Shown here: in pieces, positions 53,779 to 62,801 of the stretch
Layout: each line of letters begins with the position of its first letter
Position numbering within the stretch: position 1 is the stretch's first letter
Origin: Candidatus Latescibacterota bacterium
GTDB taxonomy: Bacteria; Latescibacterota; UBA2968; UBA8231
Direction of reading: 5' to 3'
Assembly: GCA_964291625.2 (NCBI GenBank)
Contig: OZ220089.1
Coordinates: 1,760,001 to 1,824,000 of the forward strand
Length of the DNA stretch: 64,000 nt
Made by a program: the position numbers and the translations under genes
The notes under the pieces: generated by a model
Database searches by the model: none
Told to the model about the DNA's origin: nothing
What the model saw: the letters and a program-made list of their open reading frames with translations, nothing else

Positions 53779-54969
53779 TCAGTCCTGGACCACCACTATC
53801 TTGGCGTCGTGGCCCAGGTTGAAGTGGCCGGCCACGATCAGCTCCTCGCCTTCGCTCACCCCTTCGGTGATCTCGATGAAGTCGTCGTTCTCCAGCCCGG
53901 TCTTGACGTAGCGCCACTTCGCCAGCCCTCCCTCGCGCACGAACAGAAGTTTGCGGTCATCGCGCACGAGGAGGGCGTCCCGGGGCACGAGCAGCCGCCG
54001 CACGAACAGCCTCGTCTCGACCGCGACCTGCGCGAACATGCCTGGCTTGATGCGGTGGCCGGGGTTGTCGATGCGGATGCGGACATCGCAGGTCCCGCTC
54101 TCCGGGTCGACTACCGGGCTGACCGCCGCAATGACCCCCCGGAACTGCTCCCCGGGGAAGGCATGGGGTCGGATGGAGACTTCGGCGCCGGCCTGCACCA
54201 GGCGCAACTCGCTCTCGAGGATGCCGACTTCGAGCAGCAGCGGATCGGGGGCCACCAGCCGCATCAGCTTGCCGCCTTGCGAGATCGTGCCGTTGAGGGT
54301 TGCCTCCAGCCCGGTCACGTACGCGTCAAACGGGGCTCTGACCACGGTATGCTCGAGGTCGAGCTCGGCCCGTCGCAGGCCGAGCCGAGCCCGGGTGAGT
54401 CCCGTGGTGCTGGCGATCCACTCCTTGGGCGCGTACTCGGCGAACAACCTCAGGGCGGTACGGTCATTGGGATCAGTCGTGTCGGCCGCCGCCGCGATCT
54501 CATCCCGGACGCGGCCGGTTCGTTGCAGTTGCCTGCTCAGCAGGGCGACCGAGGCGTACTCCCGGGCCGAGCGAGTCACTACGTCCCTGGCCAGCAGGCA
54601 GGCAATCTCGTACGGCTCCGGATCGATCTCAAGAACGAGATCCCCTTCGCGCACGAAGCTGCCCTCATCGACGGCAAGACGGATCACCGGCCCCGACACC
54701 CGGGCGACGAGATCGGTCTCGCGGTGGGCGATGAAGACGCCACCCGAGGAGATCCGCTGTACGAGGTCGCGACGGCGGATCTCTTCCACGGCCACCGGCG
54801 TTACCGGGGGCTCGATCGGGGGCAGCTCGTCGAGCGCGCGCCCTTTTTCGAGCGAAATCTCGTCCGCCCCGCCTGCATCCGTGCCTGTCGACGTGGAGTC
54901 ATCGACCAACGCCCACACCGAGAGCCCCACCCCGAGCCCCAGGAGCACGTAGAGGAGGTTCTTCAACAT
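53779..54969 (-). CDS. RND periplasmic adaptor (membrane fusion protein)
   Basis: N-terminal TM, RVSG.V..LAVDEG..V.EGD, VRAPFD, ISPVVD-like, IKPGMFA, VKTGL. Confidence 0.92.
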   Translation of the reverse strand: MLKNLLYVLLGLGVGLSVWALVDDSTSTGTDAGGADEISLEKGRALDELPPIEPPVTPVAVEEIRRRDLVQRISSGGVFIAHRETDLVARVSGPVIRLAVDEGSFVREGDLVLEIDPEPYEIACLLARDVVTRSAREYASVALLSRQLQRTGRVRDEIAAAADTTDPNDRTALRLFAEYAPKEWIASTTGLTRARLGLRRAELDLEHTVVRAPFDAYVTGLEATLNGTISQGGKLMRLVAPDPLLLEVGILESELRLVQAGAEVSIRPHAFPGEQFRGVIAAVSPVVDPESGTCDVRIRIDNPGHRIKPGMFAQVAVETRLFVRRLLVPRDALLVRDDRKLLFVREGGLAKWRYVKTGLENDDFIEITEGVSEGEELIVAGHFNLGHDAKIVVVQD

Positions 54970-54978
54970 GAAGTGACG

Positions 54979-56868
54979 CTACTTCTTCTTGTCGGCGAAA
55001 TACTCGACCACTACCTCGACGGCCTTCTCAATACCGGCCTCGGAGGCGATCGATACAGCCGGCCGGTCGAAGGTCTCTTCGAGGTGCCGCAGCTTGCGAC
55101 GGCTGTCTTCCTCGGGCATCTGCCGGGGTTTGATCGAAGTGCGTCCGTACGCCTCGCGCACATGCTTCGCCTTGTCGCTCATGGCCAGCAGCAGGACCGG
55201 GGCCTGGGATATGGCCCGAATGCCGTCCATAGTGTCCCGTATATAGTCGTCGGTGTCCACGCTGTTGACCACGAGCAGGCAGGCGTCCGGCTTGACTCCC
55301 ATCAGGAAGGCGAGGGAGGGCAGGGTGTGGGTCTGGGGTTCGCTGACGTTGTAGGGCACGGTGCCGGACTGGCTGCCGGCCAGGATCAGGTGCGGGCTCC
55401 TGCGACGGTTGATTTCGCGTAGCTTGGCGTCGAGGTAGGGGGCGTAGAAATCGAAGGGTATCTCCACCGACGGGGCGTACCCTATCGGGAACGCGCAGTC
55501 CATGCCAAACAGCCCGGAGTGATGCTCCGTGCCGAGCTGGCCAACCCGGTAGCCCAGTTCCTGCAGGCGGCGGCGCAATCCCAGTTGCAGGGTGAACTTG
55601 CCCTGCTGCGAACTGGTGCCCATGACCGCGATCACCGGCACGTCCACCGCAGGGTACTGCGACGCCGAGTCGAGGGTGTGCCGCGCTTCTTCCGCCGACA
55701 GCGCGGGATAGTACAGGCGAAGCCCCTTGCTTTCTGCCCGTTCGTACAGGTCGGCGTAGCGCTCGCGCGGCAGCGCAAGCAGGCTGAAGACGTGAACGCC
55801 CTGCTCCAGCGCCTCCTCGACGGCTTCGCGCAGCACATCTCTATTTCGGATGCGGCCCAGCTCATCTACGTACCCGAGGATGAGGGTGTCGGCCCCCTGC
55901 AGGGCCGCGGCGAGGCGAGGGGCGATGCGCAGGCCGGCCGAGGACAGGCCGACCGCCTTGGCGGCGTCCTTTCCGACCAGACCCTTCCCGGCTGGATCGG
56001 CCACACCGACGATCTCGAAGCCGAGCAGGTCGCGCGCCCGCACCAAGGCGTGCATCTCCTTGTTGTAGGGGTAAAGGGCCGCTTTCCCGATCCAGGCGAA
56101 TGAGTCCTCCGTTCCGTGTGGTTCTGAAGGTTTGGTTGCTTTGGGCGGGGCCGGCTCAGGGTGGGCATTGGCCTGCAACAGTGCCCGCATCTGCCCCAAG
56201 GAGGCACATGGGTGTGCCTCGCGGATCAGGGCGAGCAGACCGCTAATATGGGGGGCGGCAAAGCTGGTGCCCCCGAGCAGGATCTCGCGCGGCTCCAGCC
56301 AGCAGAGCCGCTGCGGGTCGCCACGGGCCAGGCACTCGATAGCCGCGCCGACGCGGTAGTGGTACTTGTAGAGACCGCGCACCTTGCCCGCTCCGACGCC
56401 TATGACTTGGGGCAACAGGGCCGGCCAGCTCTCCCGGCCTTCTTCGTGCTCGGCCGCGACGAGCAAGACGCCTTGGTCCACGGCCTCTTGGCAGACCTCC
56501 TCCAGGGCGTCGCGATGCCCCACCTCGGTGGTTCCCAGGCTCAGGTTGACGAGGTCCATTCCCTGGTCCACCGCCCATTTGATGGCCGCGATCAGCAGGC
56601 GGGGGTCGGCTGCAAGGGATTCATCGAAAATCCGTACGCTGTGCAGCTCGGCCTCGGATGCCTTGCGGCGGACAAGCCCGGCGCAGGCGGTACCGTGGCC
56701 GGCGCAATCGGAGTAGTCGTCGCTTTGTACCGGTTCGCCGGCCGGCCCCAAGCTCAGGCCGACGCCGCCGGCCACCGGCCCGACTTTGGGGTGGTCGGGA
56801 ACTATACCGCTGTCGACCACCGCCACCTTGACGCCTCGTCCGGTCCGGTTCGCAAAGGGAAACTTCAT
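54979..56868 (-). CDS. S8 (subtilisin-like) peptidase fused to a DUF1611-like P-loop domain
   Basis: Start MKFPF. Catalytic triad VAVVDSG / GHGTACAG / GTSFAAPH. No signal peptide. C-terminal half KAALYPYNKEMHAL...PVIAVMGTSSQQGKFTLQL.LRR.L...GYRVGQLGTE. Confidence 0.85.
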   Translation of the reverse strand: MKFPFANRTGRGVKVAVVDSGIVPDHPKVGPVAGGVGLSLGPAGEPVQSDDYSDCAGHGTACAGLVRRKASEAELHSVRIFDESLAADPRLLIAAIKWAVDQGMDLVNLSLGTTEVGHRDALEEVCQEAVDQGVLLVAAEHEEGRESWPALLPQVIGVGAGKVRGLYKYHYRVGAAIECLARGDPQRLCWLEPREILLGGTSFAAPHISGLLALIREAHPCASLGQMRALLQANAHPEPAPPKATKPSEPHGTEDSFAWIGKAALYPYNKEMHALVRARDLLGFEIVGVADPAGKGLVGKDAAKAVGLSSAGLRIAPRLAAALQGADTLILGYVDELGRIRNRDVLREAVEEALEQGVHVFSLLALPRERYADLYERAESKGLRLYYPALSAEEARHTLDSASQYPAVDVPVIAVMGTSSQQGKFTLQLGLRRRLQELGYRVGQLGTEHHSGLFGMDCAFPIGYAPSVEIPFDFYAPYLDAKLREINRRRSPHLILAGSQSGTVPYNVSEPQTHTLPSLAFLMGVKPDACLLVVNSVDTDDYIRDTMDGIRAISQAPVLLLAMSDKAKHVREAYGRTSIKPRQMPEEDSRRKLRHLEETFDRPAVSIASEAGIEKAVEVVVEYFADKKK

Positions 56869-58664
56869 GGGGCTACCGCCGCGCTGGTGCGGGCCTCGCC
56901 TTGCTGGTGAACAAACCGCGCGTAATACCCGTGCCGCGAAAGGAGGACGGCGGGCGAGCCTTGCTCCACCACTCGGCCCTCGGACAGGCAGATCACCTCG
57001 TCCACCCCCTGCACGGCGCTGAGCCGGTGGCTGATCAGGAGAATCGTCTTGTCGTGAAACCGTTGCCCCAGGAGACGGATGATTGCTTCCTCGCTCTCCG
57101 CGTCCAGCGCCGAGGTCGCTTCGTCGAGGATAAGCAACTCCTTCGGCCACAACAGGGTCCGCGCCAAGGCGATCCGCTGTTGCTGGCCACCGGAGAGTTG
57201 CCCGCCTTGCTCCCCGACCTTCGCCTCCACATCCAGATCGTTCAGGCGGACCTGTTGGATCACCTGCTCAATCTCCGCCGGGTCGCGCTGGAAATTGCCG
57301 TAGCGGACGTTGTTCTGGATCGTATCGTCGAACAGGTGGACTTGCTGGCTTACCAAGCCGACCTGCTCCCGCAGCTCGCGCAGGCTGATCTCCTCGAGCG
57401 GCACCCCGTCTACGAGAATGCGGCCCTGGCCGGGTTGATAGAATGCACATAGCAGATGCGCCAGGGTCGTCTTGCCGACGCCGCTCAGGCCGACAAGGGC
57501 ATACGTCTTGCCCTTGACCAGTTCCAGGTTCAGGCCCTGCAAGACGGGTTGGTCGTCGAAACGAAAATGAACGTCCTGCAGTTCAATCGCGTGCTCATAG
57601 GTGAACGACCGGTGGCCTCTGTGTGTGTCTTCCTGGGTCGGAACCTGCATGAACTCCAGCACTCGCCGCATCGAAACCAAACCCCGTACGAGGCTCATGT
57701 AGAGATTGTGCAGTCCCTGGATCGGGCCGAACAGGCGCCTGGTGTATTGAAGGAAGGCAATCAGGGTACCGAGCGTCATGACGCCCTGTATCACCTGATA
57801 CCCGCCCCAGCCGAGGATCACCGCCGGGGTCATCATGACCAGCCCCGACGAAACCGTGCTCATGGAAACCGAGTAGCGGACATTCCGCATGGCAATGGTG
57901 ATCATCGCATTTATGGCCGAGGCGAAACGACCGGTCTCGTGGCCGTCACTGTTGGCGAGTTGGATCAGCGGTACGTTGGTGAACCGCTCGATGGTAAAGC
58001 TGGAAATCCCGGCTCCCTGCTGCTGCAAGGATTCGACGGTCTCTCTGATTCGTGGTTGAAAGTACAGCAGGTTGCCTACGAACAGGGGAACGACCGTGAT
58101 GGAGAGCAGAAACAAGGTGACGTTCAGCCAGCACAAAACGATCACCAAGCCGATCAGGGTCAGGATGCTGTGCAGGAAACGGAGCACGCTCGAGGTCAAG
58201 ACCGATTGGACTACTCCCACGTCGTTGTTCAGCCGAAAGACCAGTTCCCCGGTTTTCTGCCGGTGATGAAAGTCGATCGGCAGGTTCACAAGATGTCGAA
58301 AGAGATCTACCCGTATGTCCCGCACAACGCGATTGCCAGCCCAGTTATACAGATAGTTGGACGAAGCAGAGAGAACCAATCGAGTCGCGCCAAGGATCAA
58401 CAATACGGCGAGGGCCATCAACAATGAATCGAGCTGTCTAGACGGCAGTACATCATCGATGATGACCTTGATGATATACGGCGGCGCCAAGGAGAGGGCG
58501 GTCACACAGAGCACACAGAGCAGTACGAACAGCCATTGGTACCAGTAAGGGAGCAGGTACCGAATGAACCAGATGGCTATGGACCGGGCGGTCGCGGAAT
58601 CAGACACCCTGGCCTCCATTAGACGAATGTAGGGAATCCACCGATTTTCCCCCTTAAGGGACAT
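56865..58664 (-). CDS. ABC exporter, fused TMD + NBD (no C39 domain)
   Basis: TM domain, Walker A GLSGVGKT, LSGGQQQR, LILDEATSALD, ISHR. Alternative start at 58619. Confidence 0.93.
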   Translation of the reverse strand: MSLKGENRWIPYIRLMEARVSDSATARSIAIWFIRYLLPYWYQWLFVLLCVLCVTALSLAPPYIIKVIIDDVLPSRQLDSLLMALAVLLILGATRLVLSASSNYLYNWAGNRVVRDIRVDLFRHLVNLPIDFHHRQKTGELVFRLNNDVGVVQSVLTSSVLRFLHSILTLIGLVIVLCWLNVTLFLLSITVVPLFVGNLLYFQPRIRETVESLQQQGAGISSFTIERFTNVPLIQLANSDGHETGRFASAINAMITIAMRNVRYSVSMSTVSSGLVMMTPAVILGWGGYQVIQGVMTLGTLIAFLQYTRRLFGPIQGLHNLYMSLVRGLVSMRRVLEFMQVPTQEDTHRGHRSFTYEHAIELQDVHFRFDDQPVLQGLNLELVKGKTYALVGLSGVGKTTLAHLLCAFYQPGQGRILVDGVPLEEISLRELREQVGLVSQQVHLFDDTIQNNVRYGNFQRDPAEIEQVIQQVRLNDLDVEAKVGEQGGQLSGGQQQRIALARTLLWPKELLILDEATSALDAESEEAIIRLLGQRFHDKTILLISHRLSAVQGVDEVICLSEGRVVEQGSPAVLLSRHGYYARFVHQQGEARTSAAVAP

Positions 58665-58859
58665 CTACTTTCGCGCACCCCGCGATCCGTCCCTCGGCAT
58701 CCCTGGAGGAATCGTTCCTCAGCCAAGGGGGCCGCGCATGACCAAGTTGCGGGACGAAGATCTGGTGTGTGTGCGCAAGTCTTGACCGTCCAAGGCGGTC
58801 ACAGCGTTCGCTCGTGATTCGGACGTGGATCCAGGGGACAGCACGAGCGTCTGCAAGCG

Positions 58860-59182
58860 GGCCAGCGGCCTGAGCCGGTGCGGGCCTTTACGACACCCTG
58901 GTCCGCGAGCACGGCCACCGGGGGACCTACAAGGCGGTGGCCTATGTGCGCCGCCGCCGGCCGCCGCCGAAGGTGCGGCCCCTGCGTCGGGTGGAGGTGC
59001 GGCCGGGCAGCCAGGCGCAGGTAGGACTGGGTCGAGCCCTGGGTGCACGTGCTCGAGTTTGCACGGTCGCACCCGGCTGAGCGCCTTCAGCCTCTCGCTC
59101 AGCTCTTCGCGCATGTGGTCGGTGCAGTGGCGGCTCGACCAGCGCCAGCTGTCCTGGCAGGAGGCCCACACAATCGCGCCTT
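58860..59182 (+). mobile_element. IS21-family istA transposase remnant (frameshifted)
   Basis: Across frames reads LYDTLVREHGHRGTYKAV..YVRRRRPPPKVRP..RRVEVRPGSQAQV/DW...LSAFSLSLSSSRMWSVQWRLDQRQLSWQEAH. Cut off by an IS3 end at 59183. Confidence 0.72.
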
Positions 59183-59320
59183 TGGAGTTGACCCGCTTTG
59201 GTGGACACGCCATCTCTTGATGAAGAAAAAGGGAGGGCTGTCCAACCATGCCGAAACGCGCCCCTCACCCGCCGGAGTCCCGGCAACAGATATGATCAAG
59301 CTTGGGGCCGGCCGAGCAGG
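59183..59320 (+). mobile_element. IS3-family left end with degenerate orfA start
   Basis: TGGAGTTGACCCGCTTTGGTGGACA terminal repeat, then RBS and ATG 59248 (MPKRAPHPPESRQQ). Closely matches the reverse complement of 62266-62330. Confidence 0.75.
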
Positions 59321-59749
59321 GTCTCGGTGGAGGGGAACCTGCCGCCGCTGGAGGAGCTGCAGTCGCTGCTGCCTTCGACCCGGCTGGGGGGGGACCCGGG
59401 CCTGGGGGGTGGCGCCACCGCAGAATCGGTCTTCGCTGGAGGTCTCCGGGCCCTCAAAGAGCGGTGCTACGAGGGGTCGCACCTCCTCGGTGTACTGCTG
59501 CGTCCGTCGCCCCCGCCCCCGAGAAACTTCGATGTGACGTGGATACACCCGTTGGACCCACCAAGGGAGGCCAGCAGATCCTCAATCTGGGAGCCCAACT
59601 GCTAATCCCATCAATGGAAGGCAAAGTAGCTGCCCGGGCTTTCCCCGTTTCCGCCGAGGTGCCCCCACCCAAGCAAGCGCAGATGGGACCTGGGTCGTGC
59701 GCATGCCGAGGCGGGGGCACCAGGCCAAGGAAGGACGACTGAGCGCCCC

Positions 59750-59983
59750 TCAGTCGTCCTCCTCCTCCGGACAAGGGTCAGCCTCACAGGTACTGACACA
59801 CGAACCGTCGCCTGCCGAGCAGACGTCTTCGGTGGCCGAGGACATCACGCACGCAGTGATCTGCTTGAAACACGGCACACTCTCATAGACGATTGTAGTC
59901 ACCACCCAGGATAGGTGCTCCTCCGAGTAGGCAAGGACCGCGTGGTTGCGCCTTGCAGGCGACTTTTTTGTGAGGGCTCTCAT
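59750..59983 (-). CDS. Cys-rich 77-aa peptide, candidate RiPP precursor (CLI_3235-like leader)
   Basis: GGGAGG RBS; MRALTKKSPARRNHAVLAY-SEEHLSWVVTTIVYESVPCFKQITACVMSSATEDVCSAGDGSCVSTCEADPCPEEEDD; six Cys; co-oriented with the maturation/export genes. Confidence 0.7.
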   Translation of the reverse strand: MRALTKKSPARRNHAVLAYSEEHLSWVVTTIVYESVPCFKQITACVMSSATEDVCSAGDGSCVSTCEADPCPEEEDD

Positions 59984-60063
59984 TGGAGATGCCTCCCTTT
60001 TGAGTAGAGGATGATGAATGATAACTCTAGGTTTCAATTTGAAACCTAAGAAGTTGAGGGTTG

Positions 60064-61248
60064 CTAACCCCCGCGTCCTGAAGCCAAGGCAATTCCGTAC
60101 AGTTCGATGGTCCCATTGGAGATCTCTGACTCTTCTTCTGATGGAGGTCTCCAAATACAAAGCTGATCCTCCCAAGCTGCAATCCTGTTCCAAGGCGCGT
60201 GTACGGCCAACGGGCGGATACGCTCCTCCCAATCTGGAGTAAGACCGTACACCTTGATTGTCGACGCCCCATCCCCTTCAAGGTCGTAGATAGCCCATCC
60301 TCGGTCCGTGGCGTGAAGAACAAGTAGGTATCTATCTTGGAACAAAGTCATTCTCCTCAGGAGAGTCATCCCCGAACTCATCAATTCAGTCATCAACTCC
60401 CTGGTGCCAGTACCAACATCGTGGAATCGCCCAGGTAAGGGAGTAAACCCTTCGGGACGGAAGCCAAACCTTCTTGTGATCTCTCCTGTAGCGGCGTCAA
60501 TCTCCTTTACATGGTATTCATTAACCCCCAAGTAGTACAGCCGATGCCGGGAGGTGCTGTAACACAAGTGATACAAGCGACCCAGCCGAGCCGCTAGAAA
60601 CCGATCTCTGTCCGTGGAAACAGGAGTCTGATAGCTCATCTCCCAAGTCTTGGGATCAAGGCGCGACACCGTCACGTAACGCTCCCTTCCCAACACAAAC
60701 AGCTCTCCCTCCCGTCCGGTTAAGACACGTGTATCATCATAGCCTGTCCATTGATCCAAGTAACTTCCAAGCCGATCATATCGGATGACACCCGCAGTGT
60801 GTAGAAGGTAAACGAAACCGTTAGGAGGATCCATGGAAATAGCAAGCGGTGAAGTATACTCACCCGGCCCGGCCCCCTTCCTCCCAAATGACCGAATGTA
60901 GCGTCCGTCAAGCAAGCTGAATTCATGTGCCGCTTGGCCAACCCCATCAACGAGCAACAAGCTGCTGTCAGGGGATACGCTCATCCAATCCACCGATCCG
61001 ATGGCTGGCGCCTCTTCGTCCAAGGCCAGTTCGACCTGGCCGTGGAAGATTAGACCAATCTCGCCTGCGGGTTGTACCGGCGTCTCCAGAATGCTGGATT
61101 CATCGACCCCCTCTACTGGGCCGCTGACGAGCACCCAGGCGAGCACCAGAGTTCGGACGTATGAAAGCACCTTATTCGCAACGCAACTCCGGGATGGCTG
61201 ACCAGATCGCCGATTGTGGCGATCGGAGGGGAGAGGGAGATATCTCAT
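60064..61248 (-). CDS. 6-bladed beta-propeller (NHL-like) exported protein
   Basis: Signal-like segment VRTLVLAWVLVSG, IGSVDWMSV, YIRSFGRKGAGPGEY motif. True start probably downstream of 61248. Confidence 0.75.
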   Translation of the reverse strand: MRYLPLPSDRHNRRSGQPSRSCVANKVLSYVRTLVLAWVLVSGPVEGVDESSILETPVQPAGEIGLIFHGQVELALDEEAPAIGSVDWMSVSPDSSLLLVDGVGQAAHEFSLLDGRYIRSFGRKGAGPGEYTSPLAISMDPPNGFVYLLHTAGVIRYDRLGSYLDQWTGYDDTRVLTGREGELFVLGRERYVTVSRLDPKTWEMSYQTPVSTDRDRFLAARLGRLYHLCYSTSRHRLYYLGVNEYHVKEIDAATGEITRRFGFRPEGFTPLPGRFHDVGTGTRELMTELMSSGMTLLRRMTLFQDRYLLVLHATDRGWAIYDLEGDGASTIKVYGLTPDWEERIRPLAVHAPWNRIAAWEDQLCIWRPPSEEESEISNGTIELYGIALASGRGG

Positions 61249-61454
61249 ATGGGATCGTAATCCTGACTGTTAAGGGATGTAGGGGTCAATACCCCTGGAC
61301 GCTCACCGTCCACTTTTCACATGCTGAGTATAGCGCCACAGCGCGACCCAATCCAATAGACGCATCTTTGGTAGTCGCCTTGTGAAACTATGATTTCCGC
61401 CTTGTGCAATGTCGAGTTTCTCCTCTAATCGCTCGCCCCAGATTCTCGTTGGAA

Positions 61455-61997
61455 TTATGGATTGGGCGAGGTGGTCCCCTCGAGGATCGCATACTTGGTC
61501 AGAGAGGCCGAACTGTCCAGGCCGAGCTCTTTACTGATAACCCAGACTTGGGAGCGCACGGTTGTTTCGCTTACCGCCAATTTCGCGGCTATTTCCTTAA
61601 CTTCAGCGAGCGACGAATAGACTCGCTAAAGGCGCCGATGCAATTTCGGGCTCACGTACTGGTTTCCTGCCTCCACCTGCCGAATTGCTTCCACCAAGCT
61701 TCCGTGGCCGTCCGCTCTTCCAACATAGGCCCAGGCTCCAGCCTCCATCATCTTGCCCATGAGGCGGTCGTTGTGCACGGACAGGCCAACCAACCGGACC
61801 AGGGGGTTTTCGGCCAGTATCTGCCGCGTCGCCTGGACACCGTTCAGTTCCGGCAGGACGCACTCCATGACCACCGCATCGGGCGGACCGCCGCGAACCA
61901 AGTCGACGGCAGTACGCCCGTCTTCAGCCTCAAGCAGTACTCGCCACCCTTCCAGCGTGGTCGTGTGATCCTGTACTACCACGACACTGATGGTCAT
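61455..61997 (-). pseudogene. NarL/LuxR-family response regulator, degenerate, with in-frame TAG at 61626-61628
   Basis: Receiver-like N-terminus (PELNGVQATRQI, LVEAIRQVEAGNQYVSP) with the phospho-Asp replaced and internal deletions. After the TAG the same frame continues KEIAAKLAVSETTVRSQ...ELGLDSSASLTKYAILEG*. Confidence 0.75.
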
Positions 61998-62013
61998 GGA
62001 TGAACGTATCTCC

Positions 62014-62330
62014 TGGAGTTAATCCGGTCTCATGGACAGTGGCCGCCCGGCCGTGGGATGGCGACGGGTCTGTGACCACCGCCGCCGCCAGTGTTTCTGC
62101 TCCGCACGGTTCGACCATTCGGCGGATCCCTTCATCCCGGTCGGCCTGGACCTGCCAAGTTGCGGATCGTCTGGCCCGAGGGCTCGAACTCCCGGGCCAG
62201 GCCTCCGGGCTCCAGCCCGCCCGGACTAGCTCGACCATCTGCTCCCGAACTCCGGCGGGGCGTCTCGGCATGGTTAGACAGCCTCCCCTTCTTCAAGGGA
62301 CAGGGTGTCCACCAAAGCGGGGCAACTCGA
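62014..62330 (-). mobile_element. Internally deleted IS3-family element (about 317 bp)
   Basis: Ends TGGAGTTAATCCGGTCTCATGGACA and TGTCCACCAAAGCGGGGCAACTCGA. orfA remnant REQMVELVRAG.SPE..AREFEPSGQTIRN..QADRDEG. Confidence 0.78.
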
Positions 62331-62730
62331 GGAGCAGAAGGGCTACCAGACCCACTACCTGCTCATCGGCGTCGAGCTGCTGCACCGGCTCACCGGGAGG
62401 GAGGACGTGGCCGCCGCCTACGTGCGGGCCGTGCACTGGTTCTGCGGCGGCCCCGGGTCCACGAGGCCGCACTTCGCCCTGTCGCAGCACTACTACGGGA
62501 TCGTCTGCCGGCACCTCGCCTACGCTTGGCGCCTCACGGGGCACCGGCCCTACCTCCAGATCGCCCGGGCCGTCCTCGAGCGGCTCATGGGGATGCAGGA
62601 CTGGAGCGGCGCCCAGACGAGGCGGGGCTCCGTGGGCATGAGCCCCATGGGTCTGAGCCTGCTGTTCTTCGGGGTCCCATGCCTGCTGGAGGCGCTGGCC
62701 GAGGCGGGGATGGAGGAGCCGGGCGGCTGG
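62331..62730 (+). pseudogene. C-terminal fragment of an alpha/alpha-toroid (lyase/hydrolase-like) protein truncated by the IS3 end
   Basis: High-GC coding pattern begins abruptly at the IS end: YQTHYLLIGVELLHRLTG...LAYAWRLTGHRPYL. End coordinate approximate. Confidence 0.5.
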
Positions 62731-62801
62731 CCTCAGGGGACCCGCCGCGAGGCCGGCGGGGCCTCGGCGAGGAGGAAGCCCGGCTCGTCGCCGTCCTGGA
62801 A

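Noticed and set aside
59320-59605. Possible coding remnant on the plus strand (GNLPPLEELQSLLPSTRLGG...)
   Set aside because: No start context or recognisable motif. Cannot be assigned by eye.
59750-59983. Lanthipeptide or ranthipeptide assignment for the Cys/Ser/Thr-rich peptide
   Set aside because: No LanB/C/M/KC, YcaO or radical SAM gene in the window, and no double-glycine leader or C39-ABC transporter. The class cannot be assigned.
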